A DNA stretch of 64,000 bases from the NCBI RefSeq assembly GCF_009914755.1, contig NC_060938.1. One strand, given 5' to 3'. This stretch comes from the human T2T-CHM13v2.0 reference genome, Homo sapiens. Below are positions 49,901-64,000 of this stretch, one piece after another. The translations under genes and the position numbers were made by a program. The notes under the pieces are model-generated. The model ran no database searches, had not been told where the DNA came from, and saw nothing but the letters and a program-made list of their open reading frames with translations. Within the stretch, counting starts at the first letter, position 1, and each line of letters begins with the position of its first letter.

Positions 49901-50877
49901 CTTTCTCCACCACTGTAACCTCACCAAGGGGACCCTGTGTGAATAAGTCACCATAAGAAAGTGACCGTAACCACCACGGACACACCCTGCACAGAGTCAG
50001 CTGCAGCCCTCTCAGGGTGTGGGCCCCATGGAGGGCAACAGGTGCAAAGATAATGATTATCACCCTGGTAATCAGAAAAAAACAACAAAACTCTTTGCAT
50101 TTTAGGAAAAAAAAAAAGAAAGTGATCTCACTTAAAACTGGGCTTGTTTCAGTTTATCTGAAACCTTTTCATATTTTCAGTTTTAATAAGATGTGACGGA
50201 AGCTGACATTTTTGCAAGCACCAAGAACTCGCGTCACTTTGAAAACTTGCAAGTTGATTTGAAGAAGCACCAAGAGGTAGCCAAGACTCGCTCTGCTCAC
50301 AGATGGTGGGTGATTAGGTGCCAGTTTGCCGAAAAGCTTGGAATTGGCAGACGGTGGAGGGCAGCCGGCTGAGCTGCCCGTGGGCAGGCAGGATGGGCTG
50401 CCTGGCAGGAGGGTCTTGAGGCCTCGGCCATACCCCACCTGGCCCAGGTGAGGGCTGCCAGGCCCAGAAGGCGATCTGAGCCTGGGCACAGCTTAACCTC
50501 TTCCAGGGGCTTATGTCCAGGGCAAGACTGGCTCCAGGGACTGGGAAATGTTGTGTGGCCTTGGCTCATGCAGATTCTAAAGCTCAGGCTGGGACCCATT
50601 TTTGTGACCACCTACCTGTGTGGCCTTGGGTGAGTCATTAACTCTCTGGGTCCAAGTCTCAGCATTGGGAGAAAATGAAATGAATATTTCTGTGAGGCAG
50701 CGAGAACCCCAATCTCTTAGGGTTACTGTAAGAAATAAGATCATACTGGAGAACCCTTTTTAAAGATAAAATCTAGCTAGTTAATTATCCAAATTGGGTA
50801 ACATGGGGGTGCAAGGGTATATGGGGAAAATGAGGAATTTATAACTAATTATTAAATGTTTAAATGTATTTTTACTT

Positions 50878-51189
<312 letters not shown>

Positions 51190-52332
51190 TAGTTATTGAA
51201 TTTATTAACCATGCCTATATTCAGTTATTCTGGGTGTGACCTGATCAAAAAGCTGAAGCTGCAAAGATGAACACCCCCGAGGAGTTTTGAGACCTTTCCT
51301 CAAATATAGCTGGGGGAGGGGTGATGGAGGGGCTCAGAGAAGAGGAAATGATTCCTTTGTCCAGGAGCAGAGAATGCAGACAGGCAACGTGAGAGAGCAC
51401 CTGGCAGAGGGGAGGGCTGAAACAAGCCAGGGCCTGAATGGAAACGGGCCCCTGGGCCATTCAGGTGGCTGCAGCCTGAGGGAGGTCCGAGGCTGGGCAG
51501 GGGAGCACACATACCGAGTTAGGATATCCCGGGCCATTTGCTGCATTCCAGTTGTTTCAGTGTGGCGCGCAGTTGAGTTGTCCTAGCAGGAAATGCGTGG
51601 CTCTCTCGTGCCCTTCTTTGTGTCCAGGGCCTGAGCTTCTCCTCTGGGCCCTCCCTGAGGGCTAAAGGTGGCTCAGAGATGGTGTCTCTCCTCCTGAGAA
51701 GCTTGAGTGGATGAGGAGGGAGGCTGTTTCCTCTCCTGAGTAAGTCCTGGCTCCCCGAAGTGGCAATGCCAAGTGCCAGCCCCGCAGTGCCGGGCAGTGG
51801 GAGATGCATGGACAGGCCCTAGGGCTCAGTCTCCCCTCTTGACGCTCCGGTACCCTGCTCAGCACACGGTTCCTAATCCCTTAATAAACCTCTCCTTATC
51901 CTGCACCCCAGGAAGGCTTCAGGTTCATGGCAATGCAGAAATAATGATTTGCCTGTATTCACTGATATGATTGAACTAACAATAAGTTCACCCTTTCTGC
52001 AAGTCAGGAACTTGGGTCTGGAACGGAGCCGGTCTCCAGTTGCAGGACAGATACCTTTCTGAGTGTAGCCAGGAGGTCTGTGTGAGGAGGGGGTTTTTGG
52101 TCCCTGTGTGGGTCTTCCTCGGACACCCCCATCCCTGAAGGGAACCTACACCCTTCCAGGTGTGAAGTAATGAAAGACCAGTAGTCATTCAGCTCTAGCT
52201 GCAAATGCCTGCTCTCTCACCTCTAAGCTGTGTATCCTCGGGCAAGTCACCTGGCCTCTCTGTGCTTTCTGAGACTGTCCACTCATGCCGCTATCAAAGG
52301 GGTGAGAGAACTGAGATTAAACTAGGGGAGGA

Positions 52333-52637
52333 GGCCGGGCATGGTGGCTCACACCTGTAATCCCAGCACTTTGGGAGGCCGGGGCAGATGGATCACCTGA
52401 GGTCAGGTGTTTAAGAGCAGCGTGGCCAACATGGGGAAACCCCGTCTCTACTAAAAATACAAAAATTAGCCAGGTGTGGTGGCAGATGTCTGTAGTCCCA
52501 GCTCCTCGGGAGGCTGAAGCAGGAGAATCACTTGAACCTGGGAGGTGGAGGTTGCGTGAGCCAAGATCATGCCACTGCGCTGCAGCCTGGGTGACAGAGG
52601 GAGACTCTGTCTCAGGAAAAAAAAAAAAAACAAAAAA
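52333..52637 (+). mobile_element. AluS element
   Basis: Full dimer; TSD-like AAAC(T/G)AGGGGAGG. Confidence 0.93.
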
Positions 52638-54221
52638 AACGAGGGGAGGTGCTGCTGGAAGTGCAGGGCCTAGAACAGAGGATTACTTGGAAAATTTTTG
52701 TTGACTCTGAATCCTAAGACACTCTTCCACCTGGGAATGAGAATAGATAGATCAATGAGAAGCGTGGGTTATTGGCCGATCAGAAGTGCCAGCTGTAGAC
52801 GTTGGTTCATCCACATCAGGGTGAAAATGAAAATGCACTCTTGTCCCTTTCCCCTCTTTTTAAAAAGTTTCCCTACAACCCTCCATAACTGTGGTGGAAA
52901 GAGTATACAGCGAGGACGTAGGGACATTTAGCTAGAAGCATCCCAACCAGCCTCCTGCCTGATAATAACAACAAGAGCTAACATTTATGATTGTTATAAT
53001 AAACACTAACATTGGTTATGGCTGGGTACTGTGTAAGGTGTTCTCCCAGCAGCACCCCATCCATGCTCACACCAATCCCCTGACCTGCGCCCTGGATTCA
53101 TCCCTATCTGGCATAGAACGGAACTTTCTAGGAAACAGAGCTTGCCTGGCCACATCAGCTCAGTAAATGGCAGAGTTGAGACACAAACCCAGGCTGCCTC
53201 CCCCAAAACCCAAACCCACCAAATTAGATTGTCTTCCAAATGCAGAAATCCTCTCTGCAGCCCAACTTGGCCCAATTCTCTAGGTTTTGGGAGAAATACA
53301 TTTCCTCTCTTCCCGTAGCCTAATTCGAAAACGAGGCATCTTTCACTTCACATTTCACAGCCGCAATTCTTTCTTGCACATAAAATCTATCCATCCCGCT
53401 GGCCCCCTTCCCTCTTCTGGGCACATTACAGGCTGTTGGCGTGTGTGTCTAAATAAACACCCATCAGCCTGGATCCTTGCAGGCTGATTCTAAACATTTG
53501 GCTCCGAAGGGTAGCACTGGGGGCTTGTAAACCCTTCACCTTTCTCCCAGCACACTTCAAACATTCCCCTTCTTGCATCTAGGAAAACCAGAGCGGTTGG
53601 TTTCTCTCTCTACTCTTACACAGAACTTTGTGAAAACCTCTGTTAGACTGAAATAACCTTCTTTATTTCTGTCTTGCTCCTCAAGCTGAGAGTGTTTCTA
53701 GGTCAGGGTGGAGGGCCTGACATTTACTGTCTCCTTGGTACTAGGCTCTGTGCCACACATTACACACCTTGATTTATTCTTTTTAACAGGACCACGTGAA
53801 GTATTAATGGTCCCCCTTCACAAGTGAGGAACAAGAGGCTGAAAGGAGAGGCACATTTTCTCAGATAACGTGGCCACTTTGAGGCAGAGCTGAGATTTCT
53901 GGCCCCCCCCCCACTGTGCTAGGGAGACCCTGTTCTATTTAGCCCCATCCGCCTGGAACCTCCAAAGGGCCTGGCACAGCTTTCCAGCAAATGTTTGTTG
54001 ACTGACCAACTGACTGACTGAATAAAAGAATGAATGAGCAAGTGTCTAATTTCCAGAAGAACTGTGGAGTGGGAGCTGTAAAGTGGTCCAGGTGCCTTGC
54101 TTAGAAGCACAAACTAGGCTGGAAGAAAACTAGCTAATAGAGTTGCGGTCAGACATGGATTACACTTTTCCAAGCATTGGAATATGGCAATATTAATCAT
54201 GTTTCTACAAATCGTCTTTTA

Positions 54222-54555
<334 letters not shown>

Positions 54556-54571
54556 TAAGTCAGGTCAACTA

Positions 54572-55010
54572 CAGTTGACCCTTAGAGAAAACGGGTTTGA
54601 ACTGCACAGGTCCACTTCTCTATGGATTTTCTCCCACCTCTGCCACCCCTGAGACAGCAAGACTACCCTTCCTCCTCCTCAGCCTACTCAACATGAAAGA
54701 GCAAGGCTGAAGCCCTTTATGATGATCTACTTCCACTTAATGAATAATACATAGATTTTCTCTTTCTTATGATTTTCTTAATAACTTTCTTTTCTCTAGC
54801 TTACTTTATTGTAAGAATACAGTTTATAGTACAACAAATAACATACGAAATATATGTTAATTGACTGTTTATATTATCAGCAAGGCTTCCAGTCAACAGT
54901 AGGCTATTAGTAGTTACGTTTTGGGGGAATCAAAAGTTATACAGATTGTTGACTGTGCATGGGGGGCGGGGTCAGCGCCCCTAACCCACATGTTTTTCGA
55001 GGGTCAACTG
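54572..55010 (+). mobile_element. Tigger2a (MER28) non-autonomous DNA transposon
   Basis: TIRs CAGTTGACCCT / AGGGTCAACTG with flanking TA duplications; 439 bp. Confidence 0.9.
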
Positions 55011-55273
55011 TATTTCATTTAGTCTGTTGACTGAGAGGAAGGCTTTGCACATTCTTTAAATTATTTAGAATCATTGTTCAACAAACATGCAGGTACAACA
55101 GATGCTGTGTGTGTACAGAATAGAGAGTGGCTAAATACTTTTTACCATGGTTTAATTTACAAACCTCATGGCTTGGACTTTTAAGATCAACATTTGGTTA
55201 TCTGGCATGAATTGCTCCTAATTTTCCCTGGCTTTTCCCCTTTAGTAATGGTCTCCAAGAGGAGTTGCTATAA

Positions 55274-55601
<328 letters not shown>

Positions 55602-55899
55602 ACTAGAATTGTGATAGAAGAGAGCTTAAAGTTATCATCTGGGCTTCCTGTTTTAAAAACGAGGACATCCAGTTAAACGTGACTAGGAAATGGCAAATCT
55701 CAAACCAGAGTTCAGGTCTCCTATCACCCAGCCAGTGTTCTCTGCTTAAATGAAAACCAAGCAGATCAGCTTCACCATGCAACTGTGTACACTGCCGTCC
55801 TGCGTCCCCAAGGTTCCCCTCAGAAAACAGAGTTGATTTAAATGCATGCACTGATCATCAACCTGAGTCTTAAAAATGATGACATGGTTTGTTTCTATA

Positions 55900-56230
55900 A
55901 TATCCCTCCTAAGAATTGACCCCAAGAAAATAATCAGAAATGTGGATAAAGATTTACGCACCAAGATGTTCATTACTGAATTATTTATAACAGAAAAAAA
56001 GAGAATGTAACCTAACAAAGAAACATCTATAGTATGGACTGTTAGTCTGCCATTAAAATAAAGTTCTGAAGACTATTTAATGACTTTAGAACTTATTCAG
56101 AATAAAATACTAAGTGAGGAATGTAGGACAAAAACACACGGTCATAGAACAATTGCAATAGTTAAAATATGCAATATACATAGAAAAAAGACTGGAAAGA
56201 AATATACCAAAATGTTAGCAGAGGCCATTC
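55900..56230 (+). mobile_element. Old L1M(E) 3' fragment
   Basis: ccaagatgttcattactgaattatttataac...aaagactggaaagaaatataccaaaatgttagc. Confidence 0.7.
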
Positions 56231-56373
56231 GTTCAGTGATCACACAGTGCATTTATGGATCACTGCTATATCTCAGACACTGAGCTCTTCACTGGAGTGG
56301 GTTCCCACCTTCCTGGGCCCTACTGTCTGGGGAAAGGATGGGCAAAGTGACATTATTTTTAAAATAATCATTA

Positions 56374-56692
<319 letters not shown>

Positions 56693-56949
56693 AAAATAAT
56701 CATTAAAATAAACCTGTAATTACAAATCATGATCATTACTATTACGAAGGCTATTTCTAGAGGTTGGGATTATAGTTGAGTGTCATTTTTTTTGGTTTTG
56801 GTTTGTATTCTTTTATTTTTTTTCTTTTTATGTTCTTCCAATTTTTCTTCACATCTTAAATTTCTGACAGTGGGACTTTATTAGAAAAACAGAGGACTTT
56901 TAGAAACACACAAACACAAATGCCCAAGCACCTGCATGGCTTCCAGTGG

Positions 56950-57096
56950 CCCCACTGACGATGGAGCCTTGGAGCTCCTCAGAAGGAGCCTGGAGTGCCT
57001 GCGGAGGGGATGAAGCCCCCCCCCAACCCCACTGACAATGGAGCACTCGGAGCTCCTCAGAAGGAGCCTGGAGTGCCTGCGGAGGGAACGAAGCCC
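56950..57096. repeat. Two-copy tandem duplication, period 77 bp
   Basis: CCCCACTGAC..TGGAGC..GGAGCTCCTCAGAAGGAGCCTGGAGTGCCTGCGGAGGG starting at 56950 and 57027. Confidence 0.95.
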
Positions 57097-57116
57097 TGTC
57101 CCTGGAGCTTCATGAC

Positions 57117-57925
<809 letters not shown>

Positions 57926-58505
57926 GTGTTTTGTCAAAAGTTTGCAGATTTACTGAATGCTAAACCTTGTTAGCCAATCCCAGAAAAGCGTTGCCTAATA
58001 TGTGTGAGTTTTTTCCGTTTTGTTTTGTTTCTCTTGAGAAAAAAGAAAGAGTGGCATGTCTGAAAATTCATTTGTGCCATTAGCACTACTTACACCTTTG
58101 GTAACTCTCCACACACCCCACCAGGTCTACTCTGTTAAAGAATTTGCTTGGCAGTTTGTATCAAAAACAGGAGGGATGTCTGTATATGCAAATAAAAAGA
58201 GAGAGAGAGAGTAAGGGACAGAGACAGAGAGAGGGCGGGGGAGGATTATTGTAAGCTAATGCTTGCATTTCAAACATTCAGTCCAGTTAAAACGTTGACA
58301 TCAAGCATTGTGTATGTTCCTGGGAGAGGGCTCTCTGAGTTGTGTATCTCATGGGTGTCATTGAATGTTATTGTTGCCTCGCTAAATATTCATGGATGAA
58401 TATGTGGAATAAATTCTCTTGTAAGCTGACAGAGAGCAAGTAAGGCCTGTCCTTGAGTCTCTCATCTGCATCCTTATTTCTGAAAAACTGTCTATTTGGG
58501 CACGA

Positions 58506-58530
58506 GTGTGTGTGTGTGTGTGTGTGTGTG
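58506..58530. repeat. (GT)n microsatellite
   Basis: About 12 pure GT units. Confidence 0.95.
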
Positions 58531-58588
58531 CATGCAAAAGTGCGGGCACTACGTGCTTGGTTAATTTAAGCAGAAGAATCCCATTTTC

Positions 58589-58893
<305 letters not shown>

Positions 58894-59047
58894 AAGAATC
58901 CCATTTTCAGAGTAGAAAAGATGGATCTCTCCAGTTTGGTGACCTCAAAGTGGGTGGTGTTTAAAGAAAGCAAGTATTGCTCATCGAATAGCTTTGATAA
59001 AACTGCTCCCTTTGCTCTCTTGTTTCAAACTTCAAAACCAGCCTCAC

Positions 59048-59356
59048 TTTTTCTGTCTTTTTTGTTTTTTTGAGATGGAAGCTCACTCTGTTGCCCAGGC
59101 TGGAGTGCAGTGGTGTGACCCTGGCTCACTGCCTGCAACCTCCACCTCCCAGGTTCAAGTGATTCTCCTGCCTCAGCCTCCTAAGTAACTGGGATTATAG
59201 GTGTGTGCCATGATGCCCAGCTAATTTTGTATTTTTAGTAGAGACAAGGTTTCACCATGTTGGCAAGGTTGGTCTTGAACTCCTGACCTCAAGTGATCTG
59301 CCCGCCCCGGCCTCCCAAAGTGCTGAGATTACAGGCCTGAGCCACTGCGCCTGGCC
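59048..59356 (-). mobile_element. AluSx/Sz element
   Basis: Full dimer; TSD AAAACCA(G/T)CCTC. Confidence 0.93.
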
Positions 59357-59899
59357 AAAACCATCCTCTTTAGGGGTTATAGTTTGTTTGTTGAGAGGTG
59401 AGGTGGGTTCTAAGAGTTCCAAGAATGTACACACGCATGTGCACACTCACAGAGAAGAGCTTCTTTTGACTCAGAACAAAGTCTCTAGGGGTGGCCATGG
59501 GCCAGAGTGCTTCTGAGTGGAGAGAGAGAGAGAGTGGGGGTGGGGACACTGAGGACATTGAGTTACAGACCTATGAGACATAGAGGATGAGGGAGGAACG
59601 GTGATTCCTGGAGACTGCTTAGATGCTGCCTTCCTTAGGACACCTACTGTGACCCTGGGTCTTCTCCTCCACCAGGACTGGCCAGTTGCCCAGCCTTGGG
59701 GTTCCCACGCCATGCTGCATGGACACCCATGAGAGCAAACTATCCCCTGATGGTCTGAGGGCTCCTCAAGGGCAGGAACTCCCTTGCTGCTGTATCTCTA
59801 GCACCCCAGCCATGTGCCATGTACTTAGAAGGTACTGGTGGAAGACACTTGCCCTTGTTCACTCCATCCTCCATAGCCACAGAACTTTCAATGATGCCC

Positions 59900-60290
59900 A
59901 CGGATGCTGAGAATGAGAACTGCATTTCTCTGCCTTCTTTGCAGTGAGGTGAGGCCAACTGCACCAGCAGGAATGGGAGGGAATCGATAGGATTAACTTC
60001 CACGTCCTGCCTTTTTAAGAGTAAACACACACCTTCCTCTGCCCCTGCAGGCTGGCTGGAATTTGGGCATGACAGAGAGCCCCCTTGAGCTGTGGAGCCA
60101 AGGGCAACGCACTAACAGGGCACAGCAACAAGATAGAGGGGGCCTGGCCCATGATGCTGTGAGGCTGCCGCCCAGCCCTGCACTGTTTGCCCCAGCTGTT
60201 TACCTGGGGAGATAATTACGGTTCTATCTAGGCAAGGATTTGGTATCTTGGGTCTCTGCTTCAGCAGTCCAAGCTAAACACTATACAATG
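59900..60290 (+). mobile_element. Old MLT1J/LTR33-like LTR
   Basis: actgcatttctctgccttctttgcagtgaggtgaggcc...tcttgggtctctgcttcagcag. Confidence 0.5.
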
Positions 60291-60373
60291 CTCAGAATGT
60301 TTGCTCATTCACAGATGATAACAGGCTCAGAGCCTTCCCTCAATATCCCCAGCCAAGACTCTTCATGTCTCCT

Positions 60374-60920
60374 TGTTATAGGAAAGGGGTCCCGATCCAG
60401 ACCTCAAGAGAGGGTTCTTGGATCTCATGCAAGAAAGAATTCAGGGCCAGTCTGCAGAGCAAAGTGAAAGCAAGTTAACGTAAAGGAATAAAAGAATGGC
60501 TACTCCATAGACAGAGCAGCGCTGAGGGTGGCTGGTTGCCCATTTTTATAGTTATGTATTGATGATATGCTAAACAAGGGGTGGATTATTCATGCCTCCC
60601 CTTTTTAGACCATATAAGGTAACTTCCTGACGTTGCCATGGCATCTGTAAACTGTCATGGTGCTGGTGGGAGTGTAGCAGTGAGGACGACCAGAGGTCAC
60701 TCTCGTCACCATCTTGGTTTTGGTAGGTTTGGGTCAGCTTCTTTACTGCAACCTGTTTTATCAGCAAGGTCTTTATGACCCGCATCTTGTGCCAACCTCC
60801 TGTCTCATACTGTGACTTAAAATGCCTTAGCCTCCTGGGAATGCAGTCCAGTAGGTCCCAGCCTCATTTTACCAAGCTCCTATTCAAGATGGAGTTGTTC
60901 TGGTTCACATGTCTCTGACA
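60374..60920 (-). mobile_element. MER41A-like ERV1 solo LTR
   Basis: tgttataggaaaggggtcccgatccagacc...ctattcaagatggagttg...tctctgaca; 547 bp. Confidence 0.9.
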
Positions 60921-60927
60921 CCCACAC

Positions 60928-61045
60928 TGTGAACAGAATAATCCCATCCCTCTAGGAGGTGTCCACATCCTAATCTCTGAAATCTGTGAATATGGTAACT
61001 TAAGTGGCAGAGAGATCTCTGCAGATGTGATTAAAATAAGGATGG
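60928..61045 (+). mobile_element. MLT1D-like LTR 5' fragment
   Basis: gtccacatcctaatctctgaaatctgtgaatatg...tgcagatgtgattaa. Confidence 0.7.
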
Positions 61046-63329
61046 GAGTGAGGAGGCCACGTGTTGTGTGACCCTGGAACCAGATCCAGGGAGCACAGGG
61101 CAATGCTGCAAAGACCAGTGGGTGCCAGAGCAGGGCATCCAGAGACCTGACAGCCACATGTCTCCTTACAGGACAGAAAAGGGACTAGGGCTGTCATCTG
61201 TCATCCCATGGGGTGGGTCACACCCTAACTGAAGGTCACTGGGAGCCTCAAGCAACATTTCCCCATCCCCAGCACCTCACTGACCCCTTGACCCCAGATT
61301 CCATCATGAAAGGAGAGGAAGATCCTGGAAAATGGAGCAGAAGCCTAGAAAGAGGTTAAGATCTCACCTGACAACCACTGAGCAGCCTTACTTGGCAAAA
61401 TCGAGGTTTCTGCCATCACAGGATTGGGACTCGAGAGCAAGAGGAAAGCAGTTATAGACAACACAGCAAGTCACTTTTTTTTTCTTTTGCGCATTTGCAC
61501 ATCTGCACAAATCCCAGCCAGCTACTGAAGGGGAAGCGGAATGCAGGAGAGGAATGTGGAGTCCACTCCGGTCACTGACTTTCTAGAAACTTCTCATTGG
61601 CTTGTTGCTGGGAGAGTTTCACAAGGAGAGCACGGAAGTAGATACAGCAGGGTCTGTGGGCTGGTGGAGGCTGAGCCAGCCTCCCTCTGACCAAGTCTGT
61701 CCCGGGAGCTGCGGGGAGCAGCAAGGGGCATGGTCTCTACTCTCCAGACCTCTACAGGCTCCTTTCTGCTTTTTGCCTCACTCAAAATGCCCCAGAAGTG
61801 ATCAACTGGGCATTCATCTTTTTCTTTTAAGAGTGAAGATTGTGAGCCTTCTCTGGGTATTCCTGAAGGTCACTCAGCTTGGGAAAAGTTGACACAGCAC
61901 CTGCAGGAAGGATGGAGCTTTGTGAGAAATGGCCTTCCAATTGCTGGGGCCACTCCTGTTGGGGTCCTCAGTGCAGGGCTTGGAAAGGCACCCCGTCCCT
62001 CCATCAGTGCTGGCTGAGCTGGCCTGAGGGTGGAGTGACAGAACCCACATTATGCCCTTCCTGAGATGGTTTTCCTATCAGGGTCCCTTGAATGGAAAAC
62101 CTTCTCCATGTCCAAGGGCTGGGGGCAGATGAGGCCTGAGGTAGTAATTATTATTGTTTTATTATATAAAAGAGAAATCTTTGAGGCTTTGACAGGATGG
62201 AAGTCTGTTCATGGCATATGACCAAGCAGATCCAACTCAGATGCTGAGAGTCACTACCTCTAAGCGTCTCTAAGGCTCTCAGTCTCTAAAGCTAACTCTT
62301 GCCATCATCATGATGGCCACGAGGGAGCTCATTGTCTTGTAAAATCTGACCCAAGCTTGGACACAGCTCTCCTCCCGAAAGATAAAACACTATGCTGACA
62401 AGCAGCAGGTGCCCACTAAAGAGTACTTAAGTAAGGAGTGCTTAAAATGACGAGGGGCCCTGTCTGCCTGGGGCGTACTCCCAACACCCTACTTTACAAC
62501 TTCTATAGGGGCTGATAGGGTCTGGGCCATTGCCTTCTACCCAAAGTCCAGCTGAGGCTTGTCACAGCCAGGCCCGAATAAACACGCGCTGTAGTTGAAA
62601 GAGCTGAGACTCTCGGCTTGCTTGAACTATGTGGCCTCCCCTGACGTCTAAGATTGCAAGTTGAGTTGTCCATTTATTCATGCAGAAAGGATTTCTTCTG
62701 GGTGCTTGAATAAGTTTTATTTCCTCTCTTACTTCTGGGTTTCTCATTAATAAGAGTGACATTCCAACTCTCAAGACTAGGACCAGGGGTCAAATTTCCA
62801 GGAAGCCTCCATGGATGGGTGGGGCCTCTTTCTGCCCCCAGCCCTTTGAGCTTCCCTCTACCCTCGAGCGGCACTCGTCCTGCCGCTGTCTGCTGACATC
62901 AGTTTTCCCACGCAGAGCTTGAGCTCCTTCATTGTCAGGGGCGTGGTTCTCAGCTGGGCCTGGCACCATCTAGGCCCTCAATGCGTGTTCTTGGGATGAG
63001 CCAAGGAAGGCAGGGATAGATGCAAATCCATAATATAACCCTAGGGATAAGACTACCACACACCATGGCAGCAACGCCCTGGCAGCAATGCCCAGGTAGA
63101 GGTGGGACCTTTGCTCTGTGGCGAGAACACACTCTCCTTACTATGCATTCAGAGATTCGCATTCGGGAACATGACTTTCAAGGGGAGAGTTCCATTAGTG
63201 AATAGGAAGCTCTGACCTGCTGTGTTGCCATGACAGGCAAGGGCAATGGAGGGCCCTGGCTCATTTCTTTATAAACCATGTCTGCTTTAATGCTCTCTCC
63301 TCCTGTCTGTTCCCCCAAATAAACCATGA

Positions 63330-63365
63330 ACTGAGGGATGACAGGAGACTGAGGGATGACAGGAG
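63330..63365. repeat. Perfect 18-bp tandem duplication ACTGAGGGATGACAGGAG x2
   Basis: Copies at 63330-63347 and 63348-63365. Confidence 0.95.
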
Positions 63366-64000
63366 AAAGTGAGGCAAAGTCTTTATAGCTTCTGCTCCTT
63401 GATTCTGGCCTTCCCAGCTCTGGGCTGGCTACCTGGGTGGATAGGGGGTCCCCAGGGCCAGGAACTAGACCCATAGCACATGTAATTTCCTCCTGGGCCT
63501 GGTGTGTGGTGCTGCAGGTGGCACTTAATCTTGGCTGGTGACTGACTGACTGACCAGAAACCGGATTCCAGATGGGAAAGGAACAGGCATTTGCCCCCAG
63601 CCAATAGCTCATGAGGACAAGCAATCAATTATTCAGGGAGCAATTATTAAATTAGGGACCTGTCTGGACCTTCCAGCCTCGACTGCTCTGTTCCTGCTGC
63701 CTGGCGGGGTGGATTAGCACCCCTAGAAAGAGGAAAGAAAATGCATCCAAGCAAGGGCACCCCAGCTCTGTATCCCAAGAGACTGTGGGAGTGCAGGGGT
63801 TCCAGGACCTCCCGACTCGCTGAACTCTCGGGGACGAGCCCGTTCGTCTCTCCGAGCCTTGCTTTTCTTGTGTGTTAGGATTGTAAACCCTGTTCTGCCT
63901 AACTCTCAAGTCGGGTTGGGATGGGGACTTTGCTGCCTGTAAAATGTGTGCCACTATGAGCAAGCCATTGTAGGTAGCACCCCCCAAAACCTTGGCAAGA

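Noticed and set aside
54563-54580. GGTCAACT directly before the Tigger2a left TIR forms a small palindrome
   Set aside because: Only 8 bp, compatible with chance, and there is no sign of a second element upstream.
60374-60920. MER41 as an interferon-inducible STAT1 enhancer
   Set aside because: The length fits MER41A, which lacks the tandem GAS sites of MER41B. The nearest match I saw (TTCCCAGGA on the minus strand) is not TTCNNNGAA.

Overview
Primate (most likely human or another catarrhine) non-coding genomic DNA. I see no credible protein-coding exon, tRNA, rRNA or other RNA gene; the supplied ORFs are chance ORFs or translations of repeats. A large share of the window is interspersed repeat: about 16 Alu or Alu-monomer copies (FAM, FRAM, AluJ, AluS, one AluY), L1 fragments of several ages, many MIR and L2 relics, MaLR/ERVL/ERV1 solo LTRs (MSTA, MSTC-like, THE1C, MLT1, LTR16, MER41A) and DNA transposon relics (MER20, MER33, MER58A, MER104, Tigger2a). 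Several repeat-free blocks rich in homeodomain/SOX motifs look like conserved developmental enhancers, which suggests a gene desert or large intron. The most unusual items are: (1) a ~760-bp minisatellite at 48.4-49.2 kb with 24 units, a 90-bp higher-order period, one TAATCC K50-homeodomain site per unit, and a Kozak-started 268-codon Thr/Ala-rich ORF on the minus strand; (2) an old ~150-bp copy of unique flank plus Alu tail pasted into an LTR16 2.4 kb away with no TSD; (3) an L1 insertion reduced to about 15 nt of L1 sequence plus poly(A); (4) a locally duplicated DUX4 motif in an MLT1E LTR. I found no convincing new biological system. Subfamily names come from my recall of consensus sequences, and boundaries of old repeats are approximate.
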